64,000 nucleotides of DNA from assembly GCF_009914755.1 (NCBI RefSeq), contig NC_060925.1. One strand, 5' to 3'. The notes under the pieces are model-generated. The model was not told the origin of the DNA. It did not search any database and saw only the letters and a program-made list of their open reading frames with translations. Of the stretch, positions 24,880 to 39,684 are shown in pieces; within the stretch, counting starts at the first letter, position 1; every line of letters begins with the position of its first letter. Source of the stretch: the human T2T-CHM13v2.0 reference genome, Homo sapiens. A program made the translations under genes and the position numbers.

Positions 24880-25615
24880 TGACAAAATGTTCGTTGGATG
24901 CCAGGCTGCAGTGTCCAGCTTTGTTCTGCTTTGGCTCAGACTGGAGACTGGGACTGGACTGGACTATGTCTCCCTCACTAGAGACTGGGAGCCCAGTTCC
25001 AGATGAGGCAGGCATCATGGTAACTTTTGATTAGGCAATTTTGTGACATCTTTTTCTGCTTTCTTCCCTCTGAATTCTCTCTCTCTCCCTCCCCACTGAC
25101 CCAGAGGAGAGGATTCACTGTCTTTCTGACTCAGAACATTCTGGGGTCCTTCCTGGACAGAAAAAAAAAGGCAATTGCCCTTTAACCTACAGGAGCAGAA
25201 AGGGCTGCAGGTAACTGGAGACCCACAAACTCACTTCGTGGGCCACTGCACATCTGTGCCTTGTGGGATCCTAGCATACCCAAAACTGTGCGGCTTGAAG
25301 CTTCTCTGCCCGCTGAACAGGAAGTATGGGGTTCCTGACTCTTCAAGAAGAGCCACACAGAGAGGTCTTAAGCATGCCTCTGGACCTTGAACACAGGCCA
25401 GAAAGAGGCTTGAAGGTGAGGGCAGAGTCAAGAAAGGGTGGAAAGACAGGCCAACCCACTCTCCCAAGGGTACCTTCTTCAGGACAGTGATTTACTCTAA
25501 TTTAGTGATCAGGAAAGGAGAGGATTGTGTAGAGCAATGTCCGTACTTGAAAACATGAATTCCTACCTAGATGTGGAGTCCGAGTAAAATATCGGCATCA
25601 AAAAGAACTCTGGTT

Positions 25616-25883
<268 letters not shown>

Positions 25884-26225
25884 CCTGTGATTTTTTTTTC
25901 TCTGCGTATTGCAAGGATGAGAACAAAGAGCTCCAACTAAGATGGAAACGGTACAGATGCGAAAGGATTTAGGGGGAAACCTCTGGTGTTCTGTCAGGGA
26001 CCACTGGCCTTGCTTGAAAGAAATTTCATCCAGGCTGTCTGGTTTCCTGCATGTGTCTCAGGCCTGCTGTTGGTGGTCCCAGGGGCTGAGTGCTTAGCCC
26101 CTTCTCAGCTTGGGTGCCTCCCCTTTTGCCTTCTCCCAGCAACCTGGTCCACTGCCATGGTTCCTGTGGCCATCTCTCCAGAGCCATGCTGTCACCTCGA
26201 AAAGGGGCATCTCTAGATCAGTTTT

Positions 26226-27557
26226 TTTTCACTAAATTGGAATATGAATATATGTATTAGCATGCTCACAAAATAAATGACACATTAATTAGCACTCTCC
26301 TCATATGATAAAGAATACATATGACCCACACTGTGGCAGGAAACAGGGGTAAGGGCTATCAGAGCTGGGACTAAGTGTCCACTGAAGAAATCTTGATTCA
26401 CCGGAGAGAAGTTGTTTCCTTGGATTCCATCATCTCTGCTCTAGCTACCAGCCAGGTCTCCACAACCTTCCCAGAATCCTTCATTCCAGCACCAGTTCAT
26501 GTTCTTTGCCCTGGCCACTCCTGACTCTTTCAAGACCTGAGTCCACTTTCCCATGTCTCACTCACCCACCTCTGAAATCTTGCAGCACATCTCTTTGGTA
26601 TGCTGCTGCCTGGCCACCATTGGGGGCACAATTGTCAGGTGGAGGAAGAACATACATACCGAAAGCAAAGAGCAGGGATACATTAGTAAATGGCGCTTGG
26701 ACATAAACTAAACAACCTCACAGAATACATGCTTCCTCCCAAAATGATACATAATCCCCTAGAAGCAAAGGAAACCCTTCGGTCAACATGTATGAATGAT
26801 TCTGTATGCCAGGCACAGGGGATATATAGTGGGTGGTGTTTACTTCCATTGTGCCCTGCACACAGCAGAAAGTTAGTGACTGGAAGACTGGAAGCTAGAA
26901 CCAGGTCTGTATCCCCGCTCCCATCAGGTTCTCCTGGCCCTTCCTGCCTTTGATGGTGCCACCACTCTACTTCCTCTGTTCTGAACATTTGTTCATTTTT
27001 CAATAGAGAGTTGAAGAGGATGCAGGATGGCAGAGAAAGGGTGGGCATGGAGAAGGGGGAAAACAACCCTGTAAAACAGAACAAAAACTATACAAAACCC
27101 CAGAAACCAGATTTAGTACTATAATATTTTATAGCAATAGAAAGTAGCTGAGAATAACCTCAGGGGGAGGAGTCAGCAGAGATTGTGCAGCAGAGGCCAC
27201 GGGTTTAGACGCCACAGGTTTAGACTAGAAGCCTTTCAACGGACTGCTGAATGGACTGGATCAGCTGTGAGCCTTCTTTGATGGTGACAGAACAGGTGAT
27301 GACAGGACTGGAGACCCCACAGGCCCGCCCCAGGGCCCGCCTGGAGTGCGCAAACATTCCAGGCAGGCCCAGCACATTCTTCTCTTCACACAGCAGTGGG
27401 AGTGCAGAATGCTCTCTTGCAGCGTGGTGTCTGCAGCCACCACAATGAACTCACAGATGCCTCTGCTGAGGGTTTTGATGGCCTCATTGGTTCCTGTCTG
27501 AAGCTGCTTGTGGTTCCAGTGGCTCCGCACTTCTCAAGGAGCACAGCGTACTTCAGA
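26226..27557 (-). pseudogene. SNU13 (NHP2L1/15.5K) processed pseudogene with 3'UTR, poly-A remnant and 17-bp TSD
   Basis: [29 protein letters not shown] matches SNU13 [29 protein letters not shown]. C-terminus VERLLV* (stop at 27220-27222). Intronless and frameshifted. TSD atctctagatcagtttt at 26209 and 27558. Confidence 0.92.
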
Positions 27558-27673
27558 ATCTCTAGATCAGTTTTGACTTGTGCATCTGGCGGGCTTCGTG
27601 AGCATTGCAGACAGGTTCACCTTTTGGAGAAACCTTTGGAAGGCAAGAGGAATGAAAAGTGCTTGCTGTTGTT

Positions 27674-27746
27674 TCCGTGGTGGTCTAGTGGCTAGGATTC
27701 GGCGCTTTCACCGCCTGCAGCTCGAGTTCGATTCCTGGTCAGGGAA
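27674..27746 (+). tRNA. tRNA-Glu(TTC) variant
   Basis: TCCGTGGTGGTCTAGTGGCTAGGATTCGGCGCTTTCACCGCCTGCAGCTCGAGTTCGATTCCTGGTCAGGGAA. TTC at 27707-27709; 1-nt insertion and a G4 mismatch. Confidence 0.92.
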
Positions 27747-28309
27747 TACATGCTTTGTAAGGTCTCCAAAAGCGGGCGACCTTAGCCCTTGTTACTGGAA
27801 CTTGCGATGTGCCCCAAAGCCCACTGCAGGAGAGTTTCTGTAGTCTTGGGTGCCAGAAAACTCTGGTGAAGAAGGGGAGTTAATGGCGACCCTCTCCCTG
27901 TTTCTCATGCTCCTGACCGAAAATCTTGTTACCTACTCTTTTCTCCCTTGGGCACCCTAGCACTCCTGTTCTTTTCATATCTCCATTTCTCATACAGCAG
28001 TACTGACTTCAGAGGTCGACTAAGCAGCTTGCTCAAGGTTATACAGCCATGCATTGATCCACACCTGGGTGGGGCTCCTGCCCTATTTGCTGGGTTGCCA
28101 TTACTGACAGAATGAGATCTGCATCTGGTAATGGCTTCTTGCTGCTTTCAGAGTAACTCTCCCACAGATAACGACTATAAACTAGAAAAATTTATTTCAT
28201 ATATATATTATATAATTTGAAGGTGCTGGAAGACTGAACAAAAGCAGGCGGACATATGGAAGAATGGCAGGTAGTGAGTATCCCATTTTGCAAACTTTCA
28301 GCAGAGGGC

Positions 28310-29207
28310 TGTTAACTGAAAAACCATACAATTTGTGAGCTTACAGAGGAGAATTTATTTCTTCTAAAGGGTTACAGCATGTAAGGTGGTCATCCTGACA
28401 GGCTGGGAATCGCGGGAAGCCCAGAAGCAGGCACTTTGAGGGAGGGAGGGGCAAGACAGGAATTTAAGTTGAATGGGTGGGCCTAAAATACATATTCAAC
28501 AAGTTATAGGAGGATTTATGAATATTTGTGAAGGGGTCCTGATGCATGCTTATTGAACAAACATTCACGTAATATACAACCTTGTTCACCTTGTTATGGA
28601 TACTTAGCATTTAAATGCATTACAATTAGGCCCTATACACAAAGGTCTTTTCAGGACACAAAGGCACTCAAATGCACAGATACTGTAAAACTGACAGAAC
28701 CAGTCCATGGTCGCTGGTCTTCTCATCAGAAGAAAGTTACTGAAATCAGTCTCTTGTCAGTCAAGGCTGTAGTTATGGCTTGTGGAACAGCGGGGTTCGG
28801 TATCTGGTGAGGGGTGAGCAGCAAGTGCTTCAACACTCCCTATTCTCAAGGCCAGTGCTTGTTTAGCTGCTAGAGAAAATCCTTGTGGCAGTTAGAACAT
28901 AGTTTATTCTTTGCATATATGGGGTGTGTGAGTTAATCCTTGCCCGGAATGGTCCTAAGTCCTATTTATAATTTGGTGTCTTATTGCCATAAAGAGTCTG
29001 TTCCGTCAGTCTTATGATCTCTGTGATAACATTAATGTTGGTCAGTTTTGTCTAAATTGCAAAAGGGTGGGAATATAATGAGGCTTGTCTGGCCTCCCGT
29101 TCCTTCTTGGCCTGGGACTCAGTTTATAAGGTTTGCCTAGGGTCCCGTTGGCCAACGGGGGGTCCATTTAGTCAGTTGGGGGACTTAGGATTTTATTTTT
29201 CGTTTAT
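28310..29207 (-). mobile_element. ERV1 solo LTR (MER4D-like, about 900 bp)
   Basis: Reverse complement begins tataaacgaaaaataaaatcctaagtcccccaactgactaaatggacccc (MER4-type start) and ends ttcagttaaca. Confidence 0.8.
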
Positions 29208-29356
29208 AGAACAAACTTTGCTCCCCCTTACTTGGATTAGCTAAATTACAATACAAAACCAAACTGTCTTCCTAGATTAAAGGAACAGAGGACAAAGTTT
29301 TAGACAACCACAGCAGTTGGAACATCAAGGGGTTAGGTGGAATCTCAGAAAAGAAA

Positions 29357-30035
<679 letters not shown>

Positions 30036-30601
30036 TGTGGTGATGATTTAATGTGTCCATACTTATTTCCAATCTCAGCAAATTGTGTTCATTACATATG
30101 TACAGCTTTTAGTATACCAGGCATACATCAATAAATTGTTTTAAGAAAAAAATAAAGAAAATAAGAAAATATAGTTATTATAATTGTTCTGCGGTGAATA
30201 GATGCCAAATAGAGACAAATACAAAATCTAAGAAAACACAGAATATTTGTTGATAAATAGATTCGTACAATAATATTCATGCACAGCAGCCTTCTTCATA
30301 ATAGTCCAAACTAGAAATAACCAAATTGTCCATCAACAGTGGTGTATTCACATATTGGATAACACTCACCAGTTACACCCAAATAAACTAGATACATATA
30401 ATAATATGGATACATTTCAAAGATGTGAAAAAAACGCTAACACAAAAAGTGAATTTATATGAATTTCAAGAAGAGAGCAACATAATCTATGGTGATAAAC
30501 ATCAGAATAGTGATAAACCAAGGGGAGAAGGGTGGGGATTGCCTGGAAAGGGACTCTTGGACCTTTTTAAATATTTTTTATTTTTTGAATTTGAAAAAAA
30601 A

Positions 30602-30724
30602 TTTTTATAGGGATGGGGGTCTTGCCATGTTGCCCAGGCTGGTCTCAAATTGCTGGGCTCAGTCAATCTTTCCGCCTCAGCCTCCCAAGTGCTGGGATTA
30701 CAAGCATGAGCTACCGTGCCTGGC
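30602..30724 (-). mobile_element. Alu monomer (FLAM) within old L1 debris
   Basis: gggggtcttgccatgttgcccaggctggtctc...gctgggattacaagcatgagc. Confidence 0.85.
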
Positions 30725-31525
30725 ATCCACAGACATTTTTGGGATGATGGAAATTTTCTATAACTTGATCTGGGTGATGATTTCATTTGTCAATATTTAA
30801 TAACCTGTCCTAGTTAATATATTTGAATTTTACACTGTGTGAATTACATTTCAATAGTCTGCTCTTTAGCATAAACATGGGGGGTGGGGGATGGAAGATG
30901 GAGACAAGCCAGTGTAGACCATGGCAAGGAGTTTGGATTTTATTTTAAACTCAGTAAAAGCTCACTTTCATCCCCCCTCACCCCCCACAAAATCCCTCCT
31001 AATATCTCAAACAGAAGAACAGCTATGACTCACAATTTCATTAGTGGAAACTGCAGGCAAGCCTCTTTGAGAAGAGGCATTTCACCTTGTGTGGTGGTTC
31101 AATGCATGCCCAGATGTAAGGCACCTCCAAAGTTCCCAATGATCTAGTGCAGGTGTGTTTTTGATGGCCCTGGCTGTATCATGCTGGCAATTCAGTGGTA
31201 AGCCTTGTTCTCTAGTCACAAATAAGGGTTGCAGCCATTGTAAGGAACAGTAAAAACCAGTTATGACCACACCACTGCATTAGTGGAAGCTACCAACATG
31301 GCGGTTTGAAAGGTGACATTTTACCCTTTGGGATATTTTCTGCTCAATGGTGAGACATAGGGCATGTCCTGGGCCCTAGGTATGTGCAATGTGGGGTCTC
31401 CTTTTTGCCTGACTGCACTGCATTGCAGGAGTCAGTGGTAAACCCTGCTAAAGGACTCAGTCAGTGCACGGATTGAAAACAAACCAAAAGACAGCTCAGT
31501 TTCTCCCCAAAAAGATGCCACACAC

Positions 31526-31594
31526 TGCCATTTTGGATTGGAATCAAGGTTCTGCATTCACAACACAAAGTGCCAATCACTATACCACCGTGGC
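31526..31594 (-). pseudogene. Decayed tRNA-His(GTG)
   Basis: Reverse complement gccacggtggtatagtgattggcactttgtgttgtgaatgcagaaccttgattccaatccaaaatggca; shares its 3' flank with the copy at 20863. Confidence 0.7.
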
Positions 31595-31978
31595 ACGCCA
31601 TAAACTTGCTGGCAGATGCTGAGTTTTCTTTAACACTTTCGATGTAAACATATTCACAATATTTTGTTCTTGCATCACTTGCTTTCTGACAGGTTGAGTG
31701 GTAAGAAGCACAAATTCCTATATTCTGTTCTTTCCAAAAATGTTTAGTTTGATCAGAATGCAGGATGTTGAACAAGATAACTAGCCTATCCACTTCAAAA
31801 ACTTAGCAACAAGGACAAAGAAATGGAGGGACAGCTCTAGGTAAGTAAAGTGCAATTGAGGAACTTTACTTGGAACCTAGGGAAGCAACATCAGTACCAC
31901 AAGTCACTTCTCTCTCTCTCTTAAATAAATATTATATATACACATACATATATATATTACATGTGTATATAATATATA

Positions 31979-31980
<2 letters not shown>

Positions 31981-32012
<32 letters not shown>
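31981..32012. repeat. (AC)n microsatellite
   Basis: About 16 AC units after TA-rich low-complexity sequence. Confidence 0.95.
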
Positions 32013-32013
<1 letters not shown>

Positions 32014-32017
<4 letters not shown>

Positions 32018-32350
32018 TTAATTAAGCAAAGAAGAATTCCTGAATCAGAAATTTCCAGAACCAGAATAGGTTCAGAGAGGTTCCAGTGCTACCATGTGGT
32101 AGAAGAAGATTTATGGATGGAAAAGGGAAAGTGACTTACAGAAAACAGAAGTGAGGTACAAAAATAATCGGATTGGCTACAGCTCTGAGTTTGTCTTATT
32201 TGAATCCAGTTTGAACAGTTGGCCACCTTTGATTGGCTAAAACTCAGTCATTGGCTCAAGAGTAGGTTACAGGTTGTTTACACATCCAGTTAGGTTACAG
32301 TTCACTACATATGGAGAAACCTTTAATATATGGATAGAGGCAGCTTCCAG
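32014..32350 (-). mobile_element. ERV1 LTR (MER57-like)
   Basis: tttgaacagttggccacctttgattggc...gtttacacatccagttaggttacagttcacta. Confidence 0.75.
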
Positions 32351-33394
32351 CTAATGATATGTATATATCTTTAAGATATTGATGCATATAAATATTATTA
32401 AATTAAAACATTTATGCATATGTAATGTGCATGTGTGTTATATATACACATACATACACACATGCACACACTATGTATGCATAAATATCTATATACATGC
32501 ACATATATGTGTATAGATGTGACATTTTCTAAACAGAAAATTTTTATCTGGACTATATATTAGATAATGTTATTGAATAAATGTTAATATCCTTAGGTTT
32601 GATAATTGAATTGTATTATAATTATATAGGATAATGTCCTTAATCTCATGAAATACATGCTGAACTATTTAGGGATGAAGTGGAGTTTTTTTGGTCTGCA
32701 TTTACTATGAAATATGAATGTGTGTGTAGGTGTGTGTAGACAGAGAAAAAAGGTAAAGGAATGTTAACTGTTGAACTTGGGTGAATGGTGTAGAGGAGTT
32801 CTTTTTTTTTTCAATTTTTCTATAGGTTTGAAGTCTTTCAAAGTAAATGATTGTGGAGGAAAATGTAAAACATGGAAGACTGTGAAGAGCTGGCTGAATT
32901 CTAGGCTAAAATTTGGCTCTCTCTGGGTCTTGGCCTTGCAGGAGGGGGGACGGATCTCAGTACCTCTCACTGCTAGAAGAAAGTGTAGGTTACCAGCCTG
33001 GTGTACAAACCTATCTAAAGGATCCCCTCCTGTTACCCAGGATATGGGTGAAGTGTCTTCTTAGTCCTTCTTACATGAATCAGCCTTCTAGCCTGGAAGT
33101 CTGGTAGGTAAGTTTGAGGCTAATTTGTATGTTTCAAAGCTTCTGAAGAAGATGTCCCACTTTTACATTGGATTGCAAAAGACAAGTCAGTGTGTGTGAA
33201 GAATTTATTTTCAGAAAAAGAAATCCAAAGGAGAGTAAGTTAGTTGAAATCTAACAGTCCCATTGGAGTATACTGTTTTTACTTGTTGGTCCTTCAGAAA
33301 TCTCAAGGGTGGGAATTTGGCCTATACAGGAAGATTTTTCCAGATGATGAGTAAACAGCAAACTTTCAAGATCATTCTTTGGCAGAGATTCTAC

Positions 33395-33869
33395 TGAGGT
33401 AGGAAAGTGGCAGGACTTATTTGCGGTTGTGGCCCAGTTGATCAGAGCAGGATCTGGTCCAAACAGGGTGCAGTAAAGAAGCTGACCAAAACCAGCAGAT
33501 GGAGACAAAAGCTACCTCTAGTTGCTCTCACTGCTCATTAGCATAAAGACACTCCTACCAGTGCCATGACAGTTTATAAATGCCATGTCAACATGCCATG
33601 GCAATGGCCAGGAAGTTACCTTATATGCTTCTGGAAACTCCTCATCCCTTTTCCAAAAAGTTCTGAATAACCCACTTCCTAATTAGCATCTAATTAAAAG
33701 CATCTAAATAAATACAGCTAGCTAGCAACCCACACACTGCCCATAGGTTAGCCTTCCTCCACGAGAAGCAGTACCAGTTTAACAAAAGTTGCTTTCTTTC
33801 ACCGCTGGGTTGCCCTTGAATTCTTACCTGGGCAAAGCCCCAATTTTGGGGTTGTCCTTCCTTGCATCA
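33395..33869 (+). mobile_element. 5' LTR of ERV1 provirus (MER66/MER41-group-like)
   Basis: TGAGGTAGGA...TGCATCA ends; agcataaagacactcctaccagtgccatgacagttt motif; followed directly by a PBS. Confidence 0.8.
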
Positions 33870-33871
33870 TC

Positions 33872-33887
33872 TGGTGACCACAAAGAC
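33872..33887 (+). promoter_or_regulatory. Retroviral primer-binding site, tRNA-Arg(TCG)-like
   Basis: TGGTGACCACAAAGAC resembles TGGCGACCACGAAGGGAC. Confidence 0.65.
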
Positions 33888-33898
33888 AAGACAAGATG

Positions 33899-33941
33899 GG
33901 ACAGGACATGATATAACACAGGACAGGACAGGACAGGACAG
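33899..33941. repeat. (GGACA)n short tandem repeat in the ERV leader
   Basis: caggacaggacaggacaggacag. Confidence 0.8.
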
Positions 33942-34774
33942 AGTCAAGAACTGTTTAAGGCAGGACACTTGGTCGTGAAAAGTCCCTTACTGTGCTGACC
34001 CTGAGATGCCAAAGTCACATTGTTCAGTGGCCCCTAACTTGGCCTTTGGGGTTCACCATTGCCTCCCCTGCAGTTTCAGCATTCAGTGTGGGGACCATCA
34101 CTGGCTGATACTTGGGTACTCTGGGTTTTTGGCATTTCGTTGTGGTGAGAGTTCCACTGTCACTGTTGGCCTCTCCCTGGATGCTCTGGGGTTTTCAGCA
34201 TTGACATTCCCTATAGGATTGTGGATTAGAGCTCCTTCCCTGGAGGAGTGTGGATGTCATCTTCTCCGCCCTTAAATTAAAAGATTACGATTTTCCATAA
34301 CAGCCAGTTGTGGGCCCCCTCCTACGTGACTTTGCTCAAGCCCATATTGAACTCTTGGTCACAGGGACCAGGGGTTCCTGAATCCCTGGCCCAAGTGACA
34401 ACTACCCATAGTGGCAGACAAGCAGCAGCCACCCAAACATTTTGCCCAAATATTTTTCCTCAGTCTCTGTGGCTGCTGGGTAGATTTTCTGGCACCTCAG
34501 TCTGGACAACGCTGTTCATGCTTTCCCTTCCTCCCTTCCATGATCACCTTGTTTCTTTTAACCCCTCTTTGCCCAAACTAAAATGCTTTCTTCACTCTGT
34601 GGAATTCAGACCCATCATTTTACTTCGCATTCATATTTCATAATCTACTTTCATAACACTTTGCTAACTGTACTTACATCTTCTCTGCAGGAGGTGGGAA
34701 TTTGAAAGGGAAAGTAACTGAGCTTTTGCTAGACTTAGAAAAACTTCTGGGTGTAGTAGAGATCCTTGTTAGAC

Positions 34775-36290
34775 ATGGGGACAAAGGCGAGCATCCCAAA
34801 GGACTCCCCACTAGGGTGTCTTTAAGGCAATTGGAGCAAATTCAAATGAGATGGCTCAAAGAAAAAGAAACAATTTTCTTGAGAGAACAAGAAATTTGGC
34901 CTGAAACTTGTTCTTTACATTATCATACTATTTTACAATTGGACTTGTTCAGTAAAAAGGAAGGAAAATGGGGAGAAGTTCCTTACGTACAGGCTTCTAC
35001 GGCCCCCTACCAGGATTCTGACTTAAGAGTCAACTGCAGGATGTGTCTGGCTCATGTTACTTCCAGGCACCAAGAAACCGCGTGGGATATCCTCGATGCT
35101 CCCTTCCTGGCGGCACCCCCTGGAGGGCCCATGCCCTCTCCAGGGTCTTCTCAGTCCCCCAGTTCTGCGAGGGGTCCTGCCAGTTCTCCAGTGTGGGATT
35201 TCACCCCAATGTCATCAGAAAACCCTCCCTTTTATTTAGCTAGCTCCAGCCTGTATCCCCCACTGCCCAAGGAAGTAAGCCCAACCAGAACCACCAGGAG
35301 TGGAGCTCTCTATCAGCCCCTGAAATTGAATCTGTGTCCATTGCTGGAGTTAGCTGGCAGAGATAGGGGAACAATCAGAGTATATGTGCCATTTCCTTTG
35401 TCCAAATTGGCTTTCTTCAAGGAGAAATATGGCTGGTTTTTGAAGGATCCAGGGAAGTTTATAGAGGAGTTTGTCAGGTTGATGATGTCCTTTGATTTAA
35501 CTTGGCACAACTTGCAAATATTATTGTCCTCTTCCTGTATTATAGAGGAGAAGAGAGGGATTCTGGGTACTGGCCTGTGAATATGCAGTTAGAGTAGCTG
35601 CTCATATCCAAGGCCATACCATTTATGTAGGGGGAGATGCAGTTCCACATAGAGACCCTCAGTGGGATTACCAGAAGGGTTCCCAAGAACTTGAACATAG
35701 AAATCACATGCTAACTTGTTTAATAGAAAGTATGAAAAGGTGTGTGATTAAGCCAGTTAATTATGACAAGGATAGAGAAGTAACTCAGTGGAAGGATGAA
35801 AATCCCATTCTGTTTTAGGGCTGCTTGGTTGAGGCACTCAGGAAATATACTAATGTAGACCCAGACAACCCGGAAGGGTGGGCTCTTCTAGGCATGCGTT
35901 GTATTACTCAATCTATCCTTGACATTAGGAGGAAGTTACAAAAGGCAGGAATGGGACCCCAAACTCCATGAGCCAACTCTTAAACATGGCCTTTGGAGTT
36001 TACAACAATAGGGACAAGGCAGAGGAAGAGGATAAAACCAAAAGAAATAGCCAAAAAATGCAATTGTTTGCAGCTGCTTTCAGCCTCCTACTGCTTTTGA
36101 GCTGCCCATCCTGAGAAAGTGTTGCAAGAGTGGCTTTGGGATGCCCAGACAAAAGCCAGCTCATCATCCCCTAGGCTGGAATCAGTGTGCCTTCTGTAAG
36201 CAAGAGGGCCACTGGAGGAAAGACTGCCTCAGTCTCCAAACGGAGTCTGAGCTTCTCGGACCCCTAATGGCTAAGAGAACAGAGGACTGA
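34775..36290 (+). pseudogene. ERV1 gag (HERV9/W/HUERS-P3-like), disrupted
   Basis: MGTKASIPKDSPLGCL start; TILQLDLFSKKEGKWGEVPYVQA (MA); VPFPLS..SFDLTW (CA); CAFCKQEGHWRKDC zinc knuckle near 36186; TGA at 36288. Confidence 0.9.
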
Positions 36291-38685
36291 CAGGGCCCAA
36301 GATTCCCTACAGCTTCCACCAGACACCTTGCCATCTCTACAGAAGAGCCTCAGGTAATTCTTGACATGGCGGGTAAAAATATTGAGTTATTGGATATGCG
36401 AGCCGCCTTCTCAGTTCTGATCTAGTCCTTGGTGCCGCTGTCTTCCAACTCCTGTACTGTAATGAGGATTGATGACCAGCTAAAAGCTAGGAGATTCACC
36501 CATTCATTTAGTTGCACTGTGGGGAACCATGTTTTTCCACAGATTTTTGCTTAGTCTTGAGTGCCTTATTCCTTTACTGGGAAGAGACTTACTTTCCCAA
36601 TAACAGGCTGCAGTTCAATTTGGAGCACCTCAAGAGAAGGCCACAGGCTGGGAAGGGACACTTCTCCTAGCTCTAAGTTCATGTCTTAACACAGATAAAG
36701 AAAAGTCGTTCCTTCCATCAAATATTACTTCTCAAGTAGACCCGTCTGCTTGTGACATGGTAGTTCCTGGAAGAACTGCAAATGTTCTCCCAGTCCAGGT
36801 TATTTTGAAACCCAGTGTTAATTATCTATGGGAAAAAAAATATCCTTTTAAGTGTGGTGGCCCATGCTTTTAATCTCTGCACTTTCGGAGGCCAAGGTGG
36901 GCATATCACTGGAAGCTAGGAGTTTGAGACCAGCCTGGCCAACAAGGCAAAACCCCATCTCTACTAAAAACACAAAAATTAGCTAGGTATGGTGGTGTAC
37001 ATCTGTAATCCCAACTACTCAGAAGGCTGTGGCAGGAGAATTGCTTGAACCCGGAAGGCAGAGGTAGCAGTGAGCCTTGCGCCACCGCACTCCAGCCTGG
37101 ATAACAGAGCAAGACTCTGACTCAAAAAAAAAAAAAAGAAAAATCCAGTATCCTTTTAGACCTTTGGCTCCAAGGGGCATCCATCCCCTGATAATGAAGT
37201 ATGGATTATTGCAATCCTATCAGTCCCAACATAACACCCCCATTTTTCCTGTTAATAAGCCAAACGGGGAATATAGATTTGTTCAGGATCTTAGGGCAGT
37301 TAATGAGGCATTAGTTCCAGTCACCCAATAGTTCCTAATCTTTATAAAATAATAACTCAAGTCCCTGAAGATGCTTATTGGTTCATAGTATTAAATTTAA
37401 AAGATGTTTTCTTTCACACACCTTTACACCTGGACACCCAATACATTTTTGCATTTGAATGGACTAATCCAGACACTCATGCTGCATCTCAGCTTACCTG
37501 GACTGTCCTGTCCCCAAGGTTTTCGGACAATCCCCATCTGTTTGGCAATGCATTGGCAAAAGAGGTATGGGAACTACAGTTAATTAATGGATCCCTCTTA
37601 CCATATGTGTATCACCTATTAATTTCCAGCCCTACTAGGGGAAGACTCTGAGATACATACAACTTCAAGTCCTTAATTTTGAAACAAAACAAGGGTATCA
37701 GGTATCCCCCCGAAAGGCCCAAATTTCTGTCCAAAGGGTCACGTATTTGGGACACATTCTCACTCCTGGGACCAGGATCTTGACCCAGGGATGAAAAGAG
37801 ACCATCCTGGCACTCCAGGTCCCTCAAATTCCTTTTTGAGAATAGCTGGATTCTGCTGCGTTTGGATTCCCAGGTTTGGGCTCGTAGCAAAACCACTCTA
37901 TGAACCTCCAAAAGTGAGTGGTCATAAGCCTTTGAATTGCAATGGAGACTGTCAAAAGGCATTCTTAGCCTTAAAAGAAAAGCCAGGGACAGCCCCTGCT
38001 TCAAGACTCTCGAACTTAGAAAAACCTTTCATCCTCTATGTGGATGAATAACAAGGGACAGCTTTGGATGTTCTAACTCGAAGGGTCAGGAATTGCCTCA
38101 GACCAGTGGCTTATTTCTCTAAACAGCTAGACCAGGTGGCAGCTGAGTGACCAGGAAGCTTGAGATCTGTGGCTACCATCACTCTATTGGTAGAAGAAGC
38201 CAGTAAGTTTACCTTGGGACAACAAGTAGATGCCATACCACCCCCGCCCCCCACCACCCCATGAAGTACAGTACAGAGGGTCCTAGAGGCAAAAGTATAC
38301 CAATGGCTAATAGGGGGCCAGTTACTTAAATATCAGGCTCTTCTGCTTGACACCCCAGATGTTACCCTTAAAGTATGCTGATTTTTAAACCCTGCTACTC
38401 TGTTGCTGGACCTCACATCCCAAGAAACAGATCCCCAACTCATTGACTCCTGGGTGGAAACCATGGAAGAGATCTACTCTAGAAGGTCCAACCTTGAAGA
38501 CAAGCCCTTGTCTAACCCCAGTGTTGAGTGGTTTAGAGATGGAAATAGCTTTATTCATGAGGGAGTAAGAAAGGAAGGTTAGCTAACAAGAAGTCATTGA
38601 GGCCAAGGGTTTACCTTCTCAGAATTCTGCTCAAAAAGCAGAATTAGCTGCTCTAATCAGGACCTTCCAACTGTGAAAAGACTTA
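36291..38685 (+). pseudogene. ERV1 pro-pol (protease, RT, RNase H), disrupted and truncated
   Basis: LDMRAAFSVL (LDTGA), NTPIFPVNKPNGEYRFVQDLRAVN, PYVYHL (QYVDDL), GFCCVWIPRFG, WFRDGNS, SAQKAELAAL. Confidence 0.9.
36851..37143 (+). mobile_element. Alu inserted in ERV pol
   Basis: Dimeric Alu flanked by the repeat tatcctttta. Confidence 0.93.
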
Positions 38686-38686
38686 A

Positions 38687-39007
<321 letters not shown>

Positions 39008-39268
39008 CTACAGTATACTCTTCCAACTTATCAGATTCTGTCATTGACATACGATGTTGCATCAATACTTGTGTAAGGGGTTTAACACTACTACTATATA
39101 TAATATATGTAATATATTTTATATATATATGTATATATATATATAACACTAAGGTTTATTAAAACAACTCTCAGTAAACAGATGCCCCTGATGTTCCAAC
39201 AAAATAACCTACTATTATTAGAAACCAAATAAACTCCTCCTCCTATGAGGAAGAAGGTAAACAACTTC

Positions 39269-39656
<388 letters not shown>

Positions 39657-39684
39657 TTATCTATTTTCAATTCTAAGTGGCTTG

